DNA of 64,000 nt from Caenimonas sp. (GCA_040376925.1 JBEIPU010000003.1:1798-65797), one strand, 5' to 3'; shown: positions 10,017 to 19,122, numbered from the stretch's first letter. Notes: a model not told the origin generated them from the sequence alone. Made by a program: numbers and translations.

Positions 10017-10924
10017 GGCGCAGCCCCGGCGTGCTGCGCCAGCAGCTGTGCACGCCGCGCCATGGTGTGCTGGTAGCCCTGCGCCATCGCCATTTCACGC
10101 CAGGCCCGGCGCATGCCGGCGTAGTAGCCGATGTCCGGGTGCAGCACCAGGTCGGCGCTGCGGGCGTCGGGCAGGGTCAACGCGCGCTTGCGCAAGTCGG
10201 CTTCGCGCCAGCGTTCGGTGCCGGGCGGGGCCTTGTCTTCGTGGGCAGATACATCCACCGCCAGCACGCGCCGCGCGCCCAGGCTGCGTGCCAGGCGCGC
10301 CGGCAGGGGCAGGGCCAGGTCGGCGTCCAGGTAGCGCTGGCCCAGGATCGTCACCGGCTCAAACCGGCCCTCGATCGAGCAGGCCGCCTGGATGGCCACA
10401 CCGGCGCGGCCATGGGTGAAGGCAACGGGCTGGCGGGTGACCTCGTGCAGGGCCACGGCGGCAAATGCGGTGTTCAGCTGCTCCAGCCGGCGCTGGCCCG
10501 CCAGGTCGTCAAACCAGCGCACCAGGCCCGACGCGTTCAGCCAGGCATCACCGGCCACCTGCGGGCGCACCACGTCCATCACATCCACGTCCAGTGCCAG
10601 CTGCTCGATGCGCTGCATCGGCAGCCCCGCGGCATACAGGCCGCCCACCAGTGCGCCGACCGACGAGCCCACGACCAGCGCAGGCTTCAGGCCCAGCTCA
10701 TGCAGCGCCTTGAGCACACCCACATGGGCAAAGCCGCGCGGCCCACCCGAGCTGAGCACCCAGGCCACACCCGGCGGCACGGCCAGCGGGCCGAAGCGGG
10801 GTGCGTCGGGTCCATCATGGGCGCCGCCGCAGCCGGTCAAGCCGGTGGCGGCCACTGAAACAACCGCGCTCACGCCCGCGCCCAGCACCCATCGGCGTGG
10901 CAGGTGGGGTGGCGCTATTTGCAT
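10013..10924 (-). CDS. patatin-like phospholipase, predicted Tat/lipoprotein
   Basis: GGPRG oxyanion motif, GSSVG nucleophile elbow, RRWVLG plus LTGC lipobox. Starts 9 nt after the selD stop. Confidence 0.85.
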   Translation of the reverse strand: MQIAPPHLPRRWVLGAGVSAVVSVAATGLTGCGGAHDGPDAPRFGPLAVPPGVAWVLSSGGPRGFAHVGVLKALHELGLKPALVVGSSVGALVGGLYAAGLPMQRIEQLALDVDVMDVVRPQVAGDAWLNASGLVRWFDDLAGQRRLEQLNTAFAAVALHEVTRQPVAFTHGRAGVAIQAACSIEGRFEPVTILGQRYLDADLALPLPARLARSLGARRVLAVDVSAHEDKAPPGTERWREADLRKRALTLPDARSADLVLHPDIGYYAGMRRAWREMAMAQGYQHTMARRAQLLAQHAGAAP

Positions 10925-10933
10925 GGCCAGCCC

Positions 10934-13225
10934 TCAGGCCACCAGTGTGATGGGCTCCAGCGCATCGCCGCTGGCCAGGATGCGGCCGATCACGGCCGTG
11001 TGTTCGTAGCCCGCCTGGCGCAGCGCGGCCACGCAGTGCTGCACGCGGTCCGCCGGCACGCTGGCCAGCAGGCCGCCCGCGGTTTGCGGGTCAAACAGCA
11101 GCGCGTAGCGCGGGTGGTTCACAAAATCGGCCTGGTTGCGCAAGGCCCGGCGCAGCCGCACATTGGCCGGCGCCAATGAGCTGGTGATGCCCGCGGCCAC
11201 GCATTCCTCTGCGCCGTCCATGATCGGCAGCGCGTGCAGCCAGAGCTCGGCGTCCACGCCCGACGGTTTGGTCATCTCCACCAGGTGGCCCAGCAGGCCA
11301 AAGCCCGTCAGGTCGGTGCAGGCGGTGGCGCCGTGCGCCAGCAGCAGCTGCGCGCCGCGCTGGTTGGACACCACCATGGACTGCAGCGCGGCATCTATCC
11401 AGCGCCCGCGCGCGGCGCCGCGCGCATGGGCCGCAAACAGCGTGCCGGTGCCCATGGGTTTGGTCAGGATGAGCGCGTCGCCGGGTTTCAGGCCGCCCTT
11501 GCGCAGCACGGTGCGCAGGTCGTCGTCCACCAGGCCGTTGATCGCAAAGCCCAGGGCCAACTCCTTGCCCTCACCGGTGTGGCCGCCCACCAGCGCGCAG
11601 TTGGCGGCGTTCAGCACCTCCATGGCGCCGGTCATCATCTGGAACAGCAGGTCTTCGACCTTGGACTCCAGCCCCGGCGGCACTGTGACCACAGCGGTGG
11701 CCGATTGCGGCTCGCCGCCCATGGCAAACACGTCGCCCAGCGCATGGTTGGCCGCGACCTTGCCAAACAGGTAGGGGTCGTCAATGAACGCACGAAAGAA
11801 GTCCACGGTATGCACCATGGCCTTGCCCGGTGGCACGCGTACCACGGCCGCGTCGTCCGGCGCGTGCAGGCCGATCACCACGTCGTCGCGGTCCACCGGG
11901 TGCAGCGCGCCAAGGGCCCGCTGCAGCACCGTGGCGCCCACCTTGGCGCCGCAGCCGCCGCAGCGCATCGCAATGGCCGAGATCGCCTGCTGCGACTCAT
12001 CGGCCGTCAGCGCCAGCTGCGGGGCAGCAGGCGCGCTGCGCTGTGCGTCCATGGGCGGGAATTCGCTGAAGCGCTGCATGAAGCGGCGGTCGATCCAGTC
12101 CTTCCAGCGCCAGACCCATTTACCGCCAAAGCGCAGGCCCAGCGGCCCCTGGCCGCGTGAGGCCACGGCATAACGGTCGCCGGTGCTGATCAGGGCCAGC
12201 CAGTGGCGCTGCGGGCGGTAGGGGCGCAGGGGCTCGCCGCGCGCACTGCGGCGCAGGTTGTCGGCCAGCGGCGCGCCCATGCGCACGGCAAACACGCCGG
12301 CCTTTTCCAGCGCTCGCGGCTCGAATGCCGCCACATCGCCCGCACAGAAGATGCGCGCATCGTTCACGCTTTGCAGCTGGGCATTGACGCGCACAAAACC
12401 GTTGTCGTCCAGCGCCAGCCCGGTGCTGCGCAGCCACGCGGGGCCGCCGGCCTGCGTGACCCACATGATTTCGTCGGCAGCCAGCTTCTGGCCGTCCATG
12501 GTGGCAAGCTTGCCGGCGGTGACTTCGCGCACCTCGGCGCCGGTGTGTACCTGCACGCCGCGCTGGGCCAGCACCCGCGCAAAGCGCGCGCGCACGCCGG
12601 CGTTGTGCGTGGGCATGATGTGCGCGTCGCGCGTGAACAGGTGAAACACCAGCTCGTCCGGGTTGCGCCCGAGCGCCTGCAGCTCGCGTCGCAGCCGGTA
12701 CTGCATCGCCAGCGTCAGTTCCACGCCGCCCGCGCCGCCGCCCACCACGGCGATGGTGGTGGTGCCCGCATGGGAGCGCGCCCGCTCCAGCAGCGCCAGC
12801 CAGCGCTGGTTGAACTGGTGGATGGGTTTGACCGGCACGGCGTGCTCGGCCGCGCCCGGCACCCGCGCGACCTGCGGCGTGGAGCCGGTGTTGATGGCGC
12901 ACAGGTCGTACGGCACCGGCGGGCGGTTTCGGCACAGCACCTTGCCCGCTGCGAGGTCAATGCCAACCACTTCGTCACGGTAAAAGCGCGCACCGGCAAA
13001 CACCGCCAGGCGCCCGAGGTCGATGTGCACATCGTCGTAGCCATAGTGGCCGGCGATGTAGCCCGGCAGCATGCCTGAATAGGGCGTGTGGGCGTCGGTG
13101 CAGATCAGCGTGAGGCGCACGCCGGGCTCGGGGTTCATGCCAAATCGGCGCAGCACACCCACATGGCTGTGGCCACCGCCAATCAGCACAATGTCGCGCA
13201 GCACGGGTTGGTCGGTCAATTGCAT
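10934..13225 (-). CDS. selD: bifunctional pyridine nucleotide-disulfide oxidoreductase / selenide,water dikinase (SelD; SenC role)
   Basis: N-terminal IVLIGGGHSHVG and IAVVGGGAGGVE Rossmann motifs. C-terminal SelD domain from AMRCGGCGAKVG (Cys-type active site). ATG 13225 overlaps the senB stop by 1 nt. Confidence 0.85.
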   Translation of the reverse strand: MQLTDQPVLRDIVLIGGGHSHVGVLRRFGMNPEPGVRLTLICTDAHTPYSGMLPGYIAGHYGYDDVHIDLGRLAVFAGARFYRDEVVGIDLAAGKVLCRNRPPVPYDLCAINTGSTPQVARVPGAAEHAVPVKPIHQFNQRWLALLERARSHAGTTTIAVVGGGAGGVELTLAMQYRLRRELQALGRNPDELVFHLFTRDAHIMPTHNAGVRARFARVLAQRGVQVHTGAEVREVTAGKLATMDGQKLAADEIMWVTQAGGPAWLRSTGLALDDNGFVRVNAQLQSVNDARIFCAGDVAAFEPRALEKAGVFAVRMGAPLADNLRRSARGEPLRPYRPQRHWLALISTGDRYAVASRGQGPLGLRFGGKWVWRWKDWIDRRFMQRFSEFPPMDAQRSAPAAPQLALTADESQQAISAIAMRCGGCGAKVGATVLQRALGALHPVDRDDVVIGLHAPDDAAVVRVPPGKAMVHTVDFFRAFIDDPYLFGKVAANHALGDVFAMGGEPQSATAVVTVPPGLESKVEDLLFQMMTGAMEVLNAANCALVGGHTGEGKELALGFAINGLVDDDLRTVLRKGGLKPGDALILTKPMGTGTLFAAHARGAARGRWIDAALQSMVVSNQRGAQLLLAHGATACTDLTGFGLLGHLVEMTKPSGVDAELWLHALPIMDGAEECVAAGITSSLAPANVRLRRALRNQADFVNHPRYALLFDPQTAGGLLASVPADRVQHCVAALRQAGYEHTAVIGRILASGDALEPITLVA

Positions 13226-14211
13226 CAGGGCTTCCAGAGTTGGTCGACCAGGCGGCACAGCGCGGCCTGCTCGTTACCGGGTTCAAACAGGGGTGCGCGC
13301 CGCGCGCACTGCGCGGTCAGCCGCGCCATCAGGTCGCGCGGACCGGGGTGCGCAAGGCCTGCATGGCAGCGCAGCAGCAGGGCCGCCAGGCCGGCGGCGT
13401 CGCCGGGCTCAAAGTAGCCCGCGTAGCCCGTGCCCAGCATGCCGGTGTTGCCGTCAATGCGCGAGGCCAGCACCGGCGTGCCACAGCGCACGGCCTCCAT
13501 CACCACATGGGCGCCGCCTTCCATGCGGCTGGCATGCACCAGCAGGTGGGCGCGCTGGATGCGCCGGCGCGTGGCCTCATGCGCCAGCGCGCCCAGCCAG
13601 CGGTAGCCATGGCATTCGCGCATGGTGCTGCGCGCGGCGCGGCCCAGCGCCGCGTCCAGCGGCGCGCCGATGTGATCTATGCGGATGCCGGGCTCGTTGC
13701 GCAGCAGACGCGCGGCGGCCATCAGCGTCAGCGGGTCTTTCTCGTCACGCAGGTGGCCCACCATCACGGCACGCAGGTGGCGGTGTGTTTTGGGCAGGGT
13801 GGCGCGCTGTGACGTGGACTGGTAGATGACGCGGGCCTTGGCGCGCAGCGCTGCCGGCAGGGCTCGCGGCGCCTGGTCCTGCAGCACCACCAGGCGCTGC
13901 GCGGCGTCCACGCACGCGCGCGCCGCCGGGCTGCTTTCAATGTCGCGGTATAGGTCGGTGCCGGTCAGCACCACCGCCAGGCCGCGCGTGCCGCGCGCCT
14001 GCACCCAGGCCTGCACGGCCGGGGCGGACTTGCGCGCATGCAGGGCCAGCATCACGTCGTCGGCCTCCGCCGCAGCGTCGGGCCAGTCGCGCACGATGCG
14101 GGCAGAATGGCAGGCTCCGAGCATGCGTTGCCAGCGCCGCGCGGTCTGCCAGTTGCCGTTGTTGGCATCCGCCAGCGCGGGGCTCACGATCACGACGTTC
14201 GCTCGGTTCAT
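13225..14211 (-). CDS. senB: selenoneine-pathway selenosugar synthase-like glycosyltransferase (SenB-like)
   Basis: ATG 14211 (track start 14526 is a GC artefact). N-terminus VVIVSPALADANNGNWQTARRW and GT-B-like C-terminal half. Translationally coupled to selD. Confidence 0.7.
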   Translation of the reverse strand: MNRANVVIVSPALADANNGNWQTARRWQRMLGACHSARIVRDWPDAAAEADDVMLALHARKSAPAVQAWVQARGTRGLAVVLTGTDLYRDIESSPAARACVDAAQRLVVLQDQAPRALPAALRAKARVIYQSTSQRATLPKTHRHLRAVMVGHLRDEKDPLTLMAAARLLRNEPGIRIDHIGAPLDAALGRAARSTMRECHGYRWLGALAHEATRRRIQRAHLLVHASRMEGGAHVVMEAVRCGTPVLASRIDGNTGMLGTGYAGYFEPGDAAGLAALLLRCHAGLAHPGPRDLMARLTAQCARRAPLFEPGNEQAALCRLVDQLWKP

Positions 14212-14225
14212 GAAAGGGTTATAGC

Positions 14226-15401
14226 TTGATTGCCAGCGCCACACACCCGGCTGCCCGCGATGCCCGCACGGCCGGCGCCGCCGCGCTGGCGCAGGCCCTG
14301 CGCGCCACGCGCGAACGCACGCTGGGCCTGCTGGCGGCCTGGCAGCAGGCGCTTCCCGGCCTGCGCGTGCCGTATGCGGGCGAGCTGAACCCCCCGCTTT
14401 GGGAGCTGGGCCATGTGGGCTGGTTCCAGGAATGGTGGATTGCCCGCAACCGCGAACGCGCGCTGGGTGTGGCCTGCAACCCCGGCCATGCGCGGCCTGC
14501 CTCGCACCTGCCGGGCGCTGACGCACTGTTCAATTCCAGCGAGGTGCCACACCTCACGCGCTGGGATCTGCCCCTGCCGGGCGTGGACGCCCTGGTGCGC
14601 TACCTGGCGCAGGTACAGGCCGACACGCTGGCGCTGCTGCAGGAGGCCGGTGGCGGTGCGGAGCCCGGCGACGACGCCCTGTATTTCTGGCGGCTGGTGC
14701 TGTTTCATGAGCAGATGCACAACGAAGCGTCGGTGTACATGGCGCAGGCGCTGGGCGTGGCCATCCCCGAAGCACTGGCCCGCGGCCATGCAGCGGGCGC
14801 CAGCCGCAGCGGCGACCTGCATGTGCCCGCGCAGACGGTGCAAACAGGCCACACCGGCGCCGGCTTTGCGTTTGACAATGAACTGGCCGCGCACGCGGCA
14901 GACCTGCCCGCCTTCCAGATCGACGCCGCACCCGTGACCTGGGCGCGCTACCTGCCGTTCACCGAGGCCACTGGCCATGCCTTGCCGCCGCATGTGCGTT
15001 TGCAGGACGGGCAATGGCAGCAGCGGCACTTTGGGCGCTGGCTGCCGCTGGACCTGAACGCCCCGGCCGTGCACCTGAGCTGGCACGACGCCCAGGCCTG
15101 GTGCCAGTGGGCTGGCCGGCGCCTGCCGACCGAGGCGCAGTGGGAATGCGCCGCGCGTGTCCACGGGCACGCGATGGTCTGGGGCGAGGTGTGGGAATGG
15201 ACGGCCAGCGCGTTCGAGCCCTACCCTGGCTTTGTGGCCCATCCGTACCGCGACTATTCGCAGCCGTGGTTTGGCCACAGCCGGCGCGTGCTGCGCGGCG
15301 GCTGCGCCGCCACCGACGCGCAGATGCTGCATGTGGCGTACCGCAACTACTTCACGCCCGAGCGGCGCGACATCTTTGCCGGATTTCGCTCCATAGCCTG
15401 A
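14226..15401 (+). CDS. senA: EgtB-like sulfoxide/selenoxide synthase (SenA candidate)
   Basis: DinB-like N-terminal half (PPLWELGHVGWFQEWW, FHEQMHNE) and FGE-sulfatase-like C-terminal half (GEVWEWTAS, RVLRGG). TTG start only 14 nt from the senB ATG. Confidence 0.7.
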   Translation: MIASATHPAARDARTAGAAALAQALRATRERTLGLLAAWQQALPGLRVPYAGELNPPLWELGHVGWFQEWWIARNRERALGVACNPGHARPASHLPGADALFNSSEVPHLTRWDLPLPGVDALVRYLAQVQADTLALLQEAGGGAEPGDDALYFWRLVLFHEQMHNEASVYMAQALGVAIPEALARGHAAGASRSGDLHVPAQTVQTGHTGAGFAFDNELAAHAADLPAFQIDAAPVTWARYLPFTEATGHALPPHVRLQDGQWQQRHFGRWLPLDLNAPAVHLSWHDAQAWCQWAGRRLPTEAQWECAARVHGHAMVWGEVWEWTASAFEPYPGFVAHPYRDYSQPWFGHSRRVLRGGCAATDAQMLHVAYRNYFTPERRDIFAGFRSIA

Positions 15402-15412
15402 AAAACGGTGTT

Positions 15413-16381
15413 TCAGCATGCCGCCCAGAACACCGCAAAACGCGCATCGGCATCCGTCCAGTGCCGGTGCGACGCAAAGCCTGCGCCGTGCAGCAGCTGC
15501 GCAAAACGCGGCACCGTCCATTTGTACGAGTTTTCGGTGTGGATGCGCTCGCCCGCGGCAAACGTACGTTCGCCACCGGGCCAGCGCACGGTAGCGGGGC
15601 GCACAGCCTGCAGGTGCATCTCGATGCGGGCCAGCGCCTCGTCATACAGCGCCACGTGGCGCCAGTCGGCCAGGGCAAAGTCGGTGCCCGCCAGCCGGTT
15701 GATGTGCGGCAGCAGGTTGCGGTTGAAGGCGGCCGTCACGCCCAGGGCGTCGTCATAGGCGGCCTCCAGCTCGGCCTTGGCCTTGACCAGGTCCACCCCG
15801 ATCAGCAGCCCGCTGCCCGCCACCGGCCCACAGGCGCCCCGCACGCTGCGCAGGAATGCCAGCGCCTCATCGGGTGTGAAATTGCCGATGCTGGAGCCGG
15901 GGTAGAACAGCACGCGCGGCCCGTCGCCGGGCGCACCGGCCTCGGGCGGCAGCGTGAGCCCGGCGGAAAAATCCAGCCCCAGACCCACCATGTCCAGGTC
16001 AGGGTACTGGCGCTGCAGGCATTCCAGCGCATTGCGCAAAAAATCGACCGAAATATCCACCGCCACATAGCGGGCCGGCGCCAGGCGGCCAAACAGGCGC
16101 GCAGCCTTGTTGCAGTTGCCCGCGCCCAGGTCGACCAGCGTGGCGCCCTGGGGCACCTGCGCGGCCACGGCGGCGCCATGGGTGTCAAAAATCGCCGCTT
16201 CGGTGCGCGTGGGGTAGTACTCGGGCAGCTCGGTGATGGCCTCGAACAGGCGCGAACCCAGCGCGTCGTAAAGGTACTTGGGCGAGGTATGGGCCTGCGG
16301 CGCGCGCAGGCCCTGCAGCAGCTCGGCGCGCACGGCGTCGCGGTTGTCGTGGTGAAGCTGGACGAACAGGGGAGTTTTCAT
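15413..16381 (-). CDS. egtD: L-histidine N-alpha-methyltransferase (hercynine synthase EgtD)
   Basis: PKYLYDALGSRLFEAITELPEYYPTRTE, LVDLGAGNCNKA SAM motif and C-terminal ENSYKW are typical of EgtD. Confidence 0.85.
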   Translation of the reverse strand: MKTPLFVQLHHDNRDAVRAELLQGLRAPQAHTSPKYLYDALGSRLFEAITELPEYYPTRTEAAIFDTHGAAVAAQVPQGATLVDLGAGNCNKAARLFGRLAPARYVAVDISVDFLRNALECLQRQYPDLDMVGLGLDFSAGLTLPPEAGAPGDGPRVLFYPGSSIGNFTPDEALAFLRSVRGACGPVAGSGLLIGVDLVKAKAELEAAYDDALGVTAAFNRNLLPHINRLAGTDFALADWRHVALYDEALARIEMHLQAVRPATVRWPGGERTFAAGERIHTENSYKWTVPRFAQLLHGAGFASHRHWTDADARFAVFWAAC

Positions 16382-16448
16382 GGGGCGTGCGCGGGGGTGG
16401 TGGCAGATGGTAGCCGTGCGCTGTCGTTTTGATACGGCCAGACCTTAC

Positions 16449-16508
16449 ACCCGGATTCAAGGGGTTTGCAGCAGGACGGGGGCATTGATTTCGCGCTTTA
16501 ATCCGGGT
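16449..16508 (+). promoter_or_regulatory. 9-bp inverted repeat with 42-nt spacer in the egtD / ABC-transporter divergent spacer
   Basis: ACCCGGATT (16449-16457) and AATCCGGGT (16500-16508). Ends 35 nt before the transporter ATG. Confidence 0.3.
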
Positions 16509-16543
16509 TTGCCCTTTCACCCCACCTGTTCCAGGAGCCCGAC

Positions 16544-17410
16544 ATGATCAGCTTTTCACCGTCCCGAACCTTCAAGGTCATGATGACCTGCGCCGTGATT
16601 TGCTTTGGCGGGTTATCGCACGCGCAGCAGGTCTTTCGCGTCACCACCATCCCCGAAGAAGCCGCCACCGAGCAGGTGCGCAAGTTCACGCCGCTGGCCA
16701 GCTACCTGGAAAAGCAGCTGGGCGTGAAGGTGGAGTTCACGCCGGTCAGCGATTACCCCGCCGCGGTCGAAGCGCTGGTGAACAAGAAGGTGGACCTGGT
16801 GTGGTTCGGCGGCTTCACCTTCGTGCAGGCCAACCTGCGCTCGGGCGGCAAGGTCGTGCCCATCGCCCAGCGCGAGGAAGACACCAAATTCCAGTCGGTT
16901 TTCATTGCCAAGACCGACTCGGGCATCAAGACCCTGAACGACATGAAGGGCAAGCAGGTTTCATTCGGCTCGCAAAGCAGCACCTCGGGCCACCTGATGC
17001 CGCGCAGCTTCCTGCTGCAGGCCAGCATCAACCCGGAAAAGGATTTCAGGCGCATCGCCTACAGCGGCGCGCATGACGCCACCATTGCCTCGGTGGTCAG
17101 CGGCAAGGTGGACGCCGCCGCGCTGGACATCACGGTGTGGCGCAAGTTCGTGGGCGAGAACAAGGTGGACACCAAGGCCGTGGACGTGTTCTACACCACG
17201 CCGGGCTACTTCAACTACAACTGGTCGGTGCATGCCGACATGCCGGCCGACATGCAGGCCAAGGTCAAGGCCGCGCTGCTGGCGCTGAACCCCGCGGACG
17301 CCGCGCAGGGCGAGATCCTCAAGCTCAACCGCGCGACGCGCTACATCGCCACCACGCCCGACAACTACAAGGGCCTGGAAGCCGCCGCGCGCAGCGCCGG
17401 CCTGCTGTAA
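16544..17410 (+). CDS. PhnD-like periplasmic binding protein (putative selenate ABC transporter SBP)
   Basis: AGGAG SD and signal peptide. PhnD-fold motifs DLVWFGGFTFVQA and FGSQSSTSGHLMP. Context next to selD/sen genes. Confidence 0.75.
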   Translation: MISFSPSRTFKVMMTCAVICFGGLSHAQQVFRVTTIPEEAATEQVRKFTPLASYLEKQLGVKVEFTPVSDYPAAVEALVNKKVDLVWFGGFTFVQANLRSGGKVVPIAQREEDTKFQSVFIAKTDSGIKTLNDMKGKQVSFGSQSSTSGHLMPRSFLLQASINPEKDFRRIAYSGAHDATIASVVSGKVDAAALDITVWRKFVGENKVDTKAVDVFYTTPGYFNYNWSVHADMPADMQAKVKAALLALNPADAAQGEILKLNRATRYIATTPDNYKGLEAAARSAGLL

Positions 17411-17434
17411 GGCACACACGTAAGGCATACACCC

Positions 17435-18268
17435 TTGCGCATCGAGCTTCAAGGCGTCGCGGCCCGCCACCCGGCCGCGCGCGCCGGTGCCGCACCGGCG
17501 CTGCAGCCGCTGGACCTGGCCATTGCCGCTGGCGAACAGGTGGCCGTGATCGGCCCGTCAGGCGCGGGCAAGACCACACTGCTGCAGGTGCTGGCCTGCG
17601 CGCTCAGGCCTGGCGCCGGGCGCATGCAGCTGGATGCGCAGGACCCATGGCAGCTGCCCCGCAGCGAGCTGCAGCGCCTGCGCGGGCGGCTGTTCCTGGC
17701 GCCGCAGGTGCCGCCGCTGCCGCCACGCCAGCGTGTGGTCACGTCGGTGCTGGCCGGGCGGCTGCCCGCCATGGGCCTGCTGGCCAGCGTGCGCTCGCTG
17801 TTCTACCCCAGCGACATCCCGGCTGCCTACGAGGCGCTGGAGCGTTTTGACCTGTCAGACAAGCTGTTTGAGCGGGTGGACCGCCTGTCGGGCGGCGAAC
17901 GCCAGCGCGTGGGCCTGGCCCGTGCGCTGCTGGCGCCCGCCAGCCTGTGGCTGGTGGACGAGCCGCTGTCGGCGCTGGACCCGTCGCGCTCGCGCCAGGC
18001 GGTCGCCACGCTGGTGGACGGTGCGCGCGAGCGCGGCGCCACGCTGGTGGCCACGCTGCACCAGGTGGACGTGGCGCTGGCGAACTTCCCGCGCATCATC
18101 GGCCTGCGCGACGGCGCACTGGCGTTTGACCTGCGCGCGGGCGACGTGACGCGCGAGCGGCTGGCTGCGCTGTACGACCAGCACGAACACGAGCTGCGCG
18201 GTGATGCGCCGGTGGCACTGCCGGATGTCGACGCCGCGCCCCAGCCCGTGGTCATGCACTGCCGCTGA
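17435..18268 (+). CDS. PhnC-like ABC transporter ATP-binding protein
   Basis: Walker A GPSGAGKTT, signature LSGGERQRV, Walker B LWLVDEP. TTG start. Confidence 0.85.
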   Translation: MRIELQGVAARHPAARAGAAPALQPLDLAIAAGEQVAVIGPSGAGKTTLLQVLACALRPGAGRMQLDAQDPWQLPRSELQRLRGRLFLAPQVPPLPPRQRVVTSVLAGRLPAMGLLASVRSLFYPSDIPAAYEALERFDLSDKLFERVDRLSGGERQRVGLARALLAPASLWLVDEPLSALDPSRSRQAVATLVDGARERGATLVATLHQVDVALANFPRIIGLRDGALAFDLRAGDVTRERLAALYDQHEHELRGDAPVALPDVDAAPQPVVMHCR

Positions 18269-18275
18269 CCCCCGC

Positions 18276-19118
18276 ATGAATGCAACCACCGCCCCTTTGC
18301 GCCGCGCGCCGGACCGCGACCCGGCCTGGCTGTCGCGGCTCTTGCTGATCAGCGCGCTCGTGGTGGTGCTGTGGCCGCTGGGCGTGGCCACCGAATTCCG
18401 CCCCTGGGTGCTGCTGGAACCAGACAACCTCAAGATCAGCGCGCAGTTCATCGGCAGCTTCTGGCCGCTGGCCTTCAGCGGTGAATTCCTGGCCATGGTG
18501 GCGCGCGACACCTGGCGCACCGTGGCCATGGCCACCGCCGGCGTCACGCTGGCGCTGGTCATTGCCATACCGCTCACGCTGCTGTCCACGCGCGTGCTGT
18601 CGGTGTCGGCCCTGTCCGGGCGCATGGCGCGCGGGCCGTTCTGGCTGCGCCAGGCCATGCGGTGGCTGCTGATCGTGCTGCGCAGCATCCCCGAGCTGGT
18701 GTGGGCGCTGGTGTTTGTGCGTGTGGTGGGCCTGGGGCCCACGGCCGGCGTGCTGGCCATTGCGCTGACCTACGGCGGCATGCTGGGCAAGGTCTATGGC
18801 GAGATTCTGGAAAGCGGCGAACACCACGCCACCGAAACCCTGCTGCGCAACGGCTCGGGCCGCCTGCAGGCCTTCCTGTTCGGCCTGCTGCCCACCAACG
18901 CGGCGGAACTGACCAGCTACACCGTGTACCGCTGGGAATGCGCGATCCGCTCGTCGGTGGTGTTGGGCTTTGTGGGCGCGGGCGGCCTGGGCCAGCAGCT
19001 GGACAACTCCATGAAGATGTTCAATGGCGGTGAAGTGGCCAGCATGCTGCTGGTGTTCATTGCACTCGTCGCCCTGGCCGACCGCGTCAGCGCCTGGCTT
19101 AGAAAAGCGTTGGGATAG
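18276..19118 (+). CDS. PhnE-like ABC transporter permease 1
   Basis: ATG 18276, 7 nt after the ATPase stop. Polytopic, with LRSIPELVWALVF motif. Confidence 0.8.
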   Translation: MNATTAPLRRAPDRDPAWLSRLLLISALVVVLWPLGVATEFRPWVLLEPDNLKISAQFIGSFWPLAFSGEFLAMVARDTWRTVAMATAGVTLALVIAIPLTLLSTRVLSVSALSGRMARGPFWLRQAMRWLLIVLRSIPELVWALVFVRVVGLGPTAGVLAIALTYGGMLGKVYGEILESGEHHATETLLRNGSGRLQAFLFGLLPTNAAELTSYTVYRWECAIRSSVVLGFVGAGGLGQQLDNSMKMFNGGEVASMLLVFIALVALADRVSAWLRKALG

Positions 19119-19122
19119 ACCG

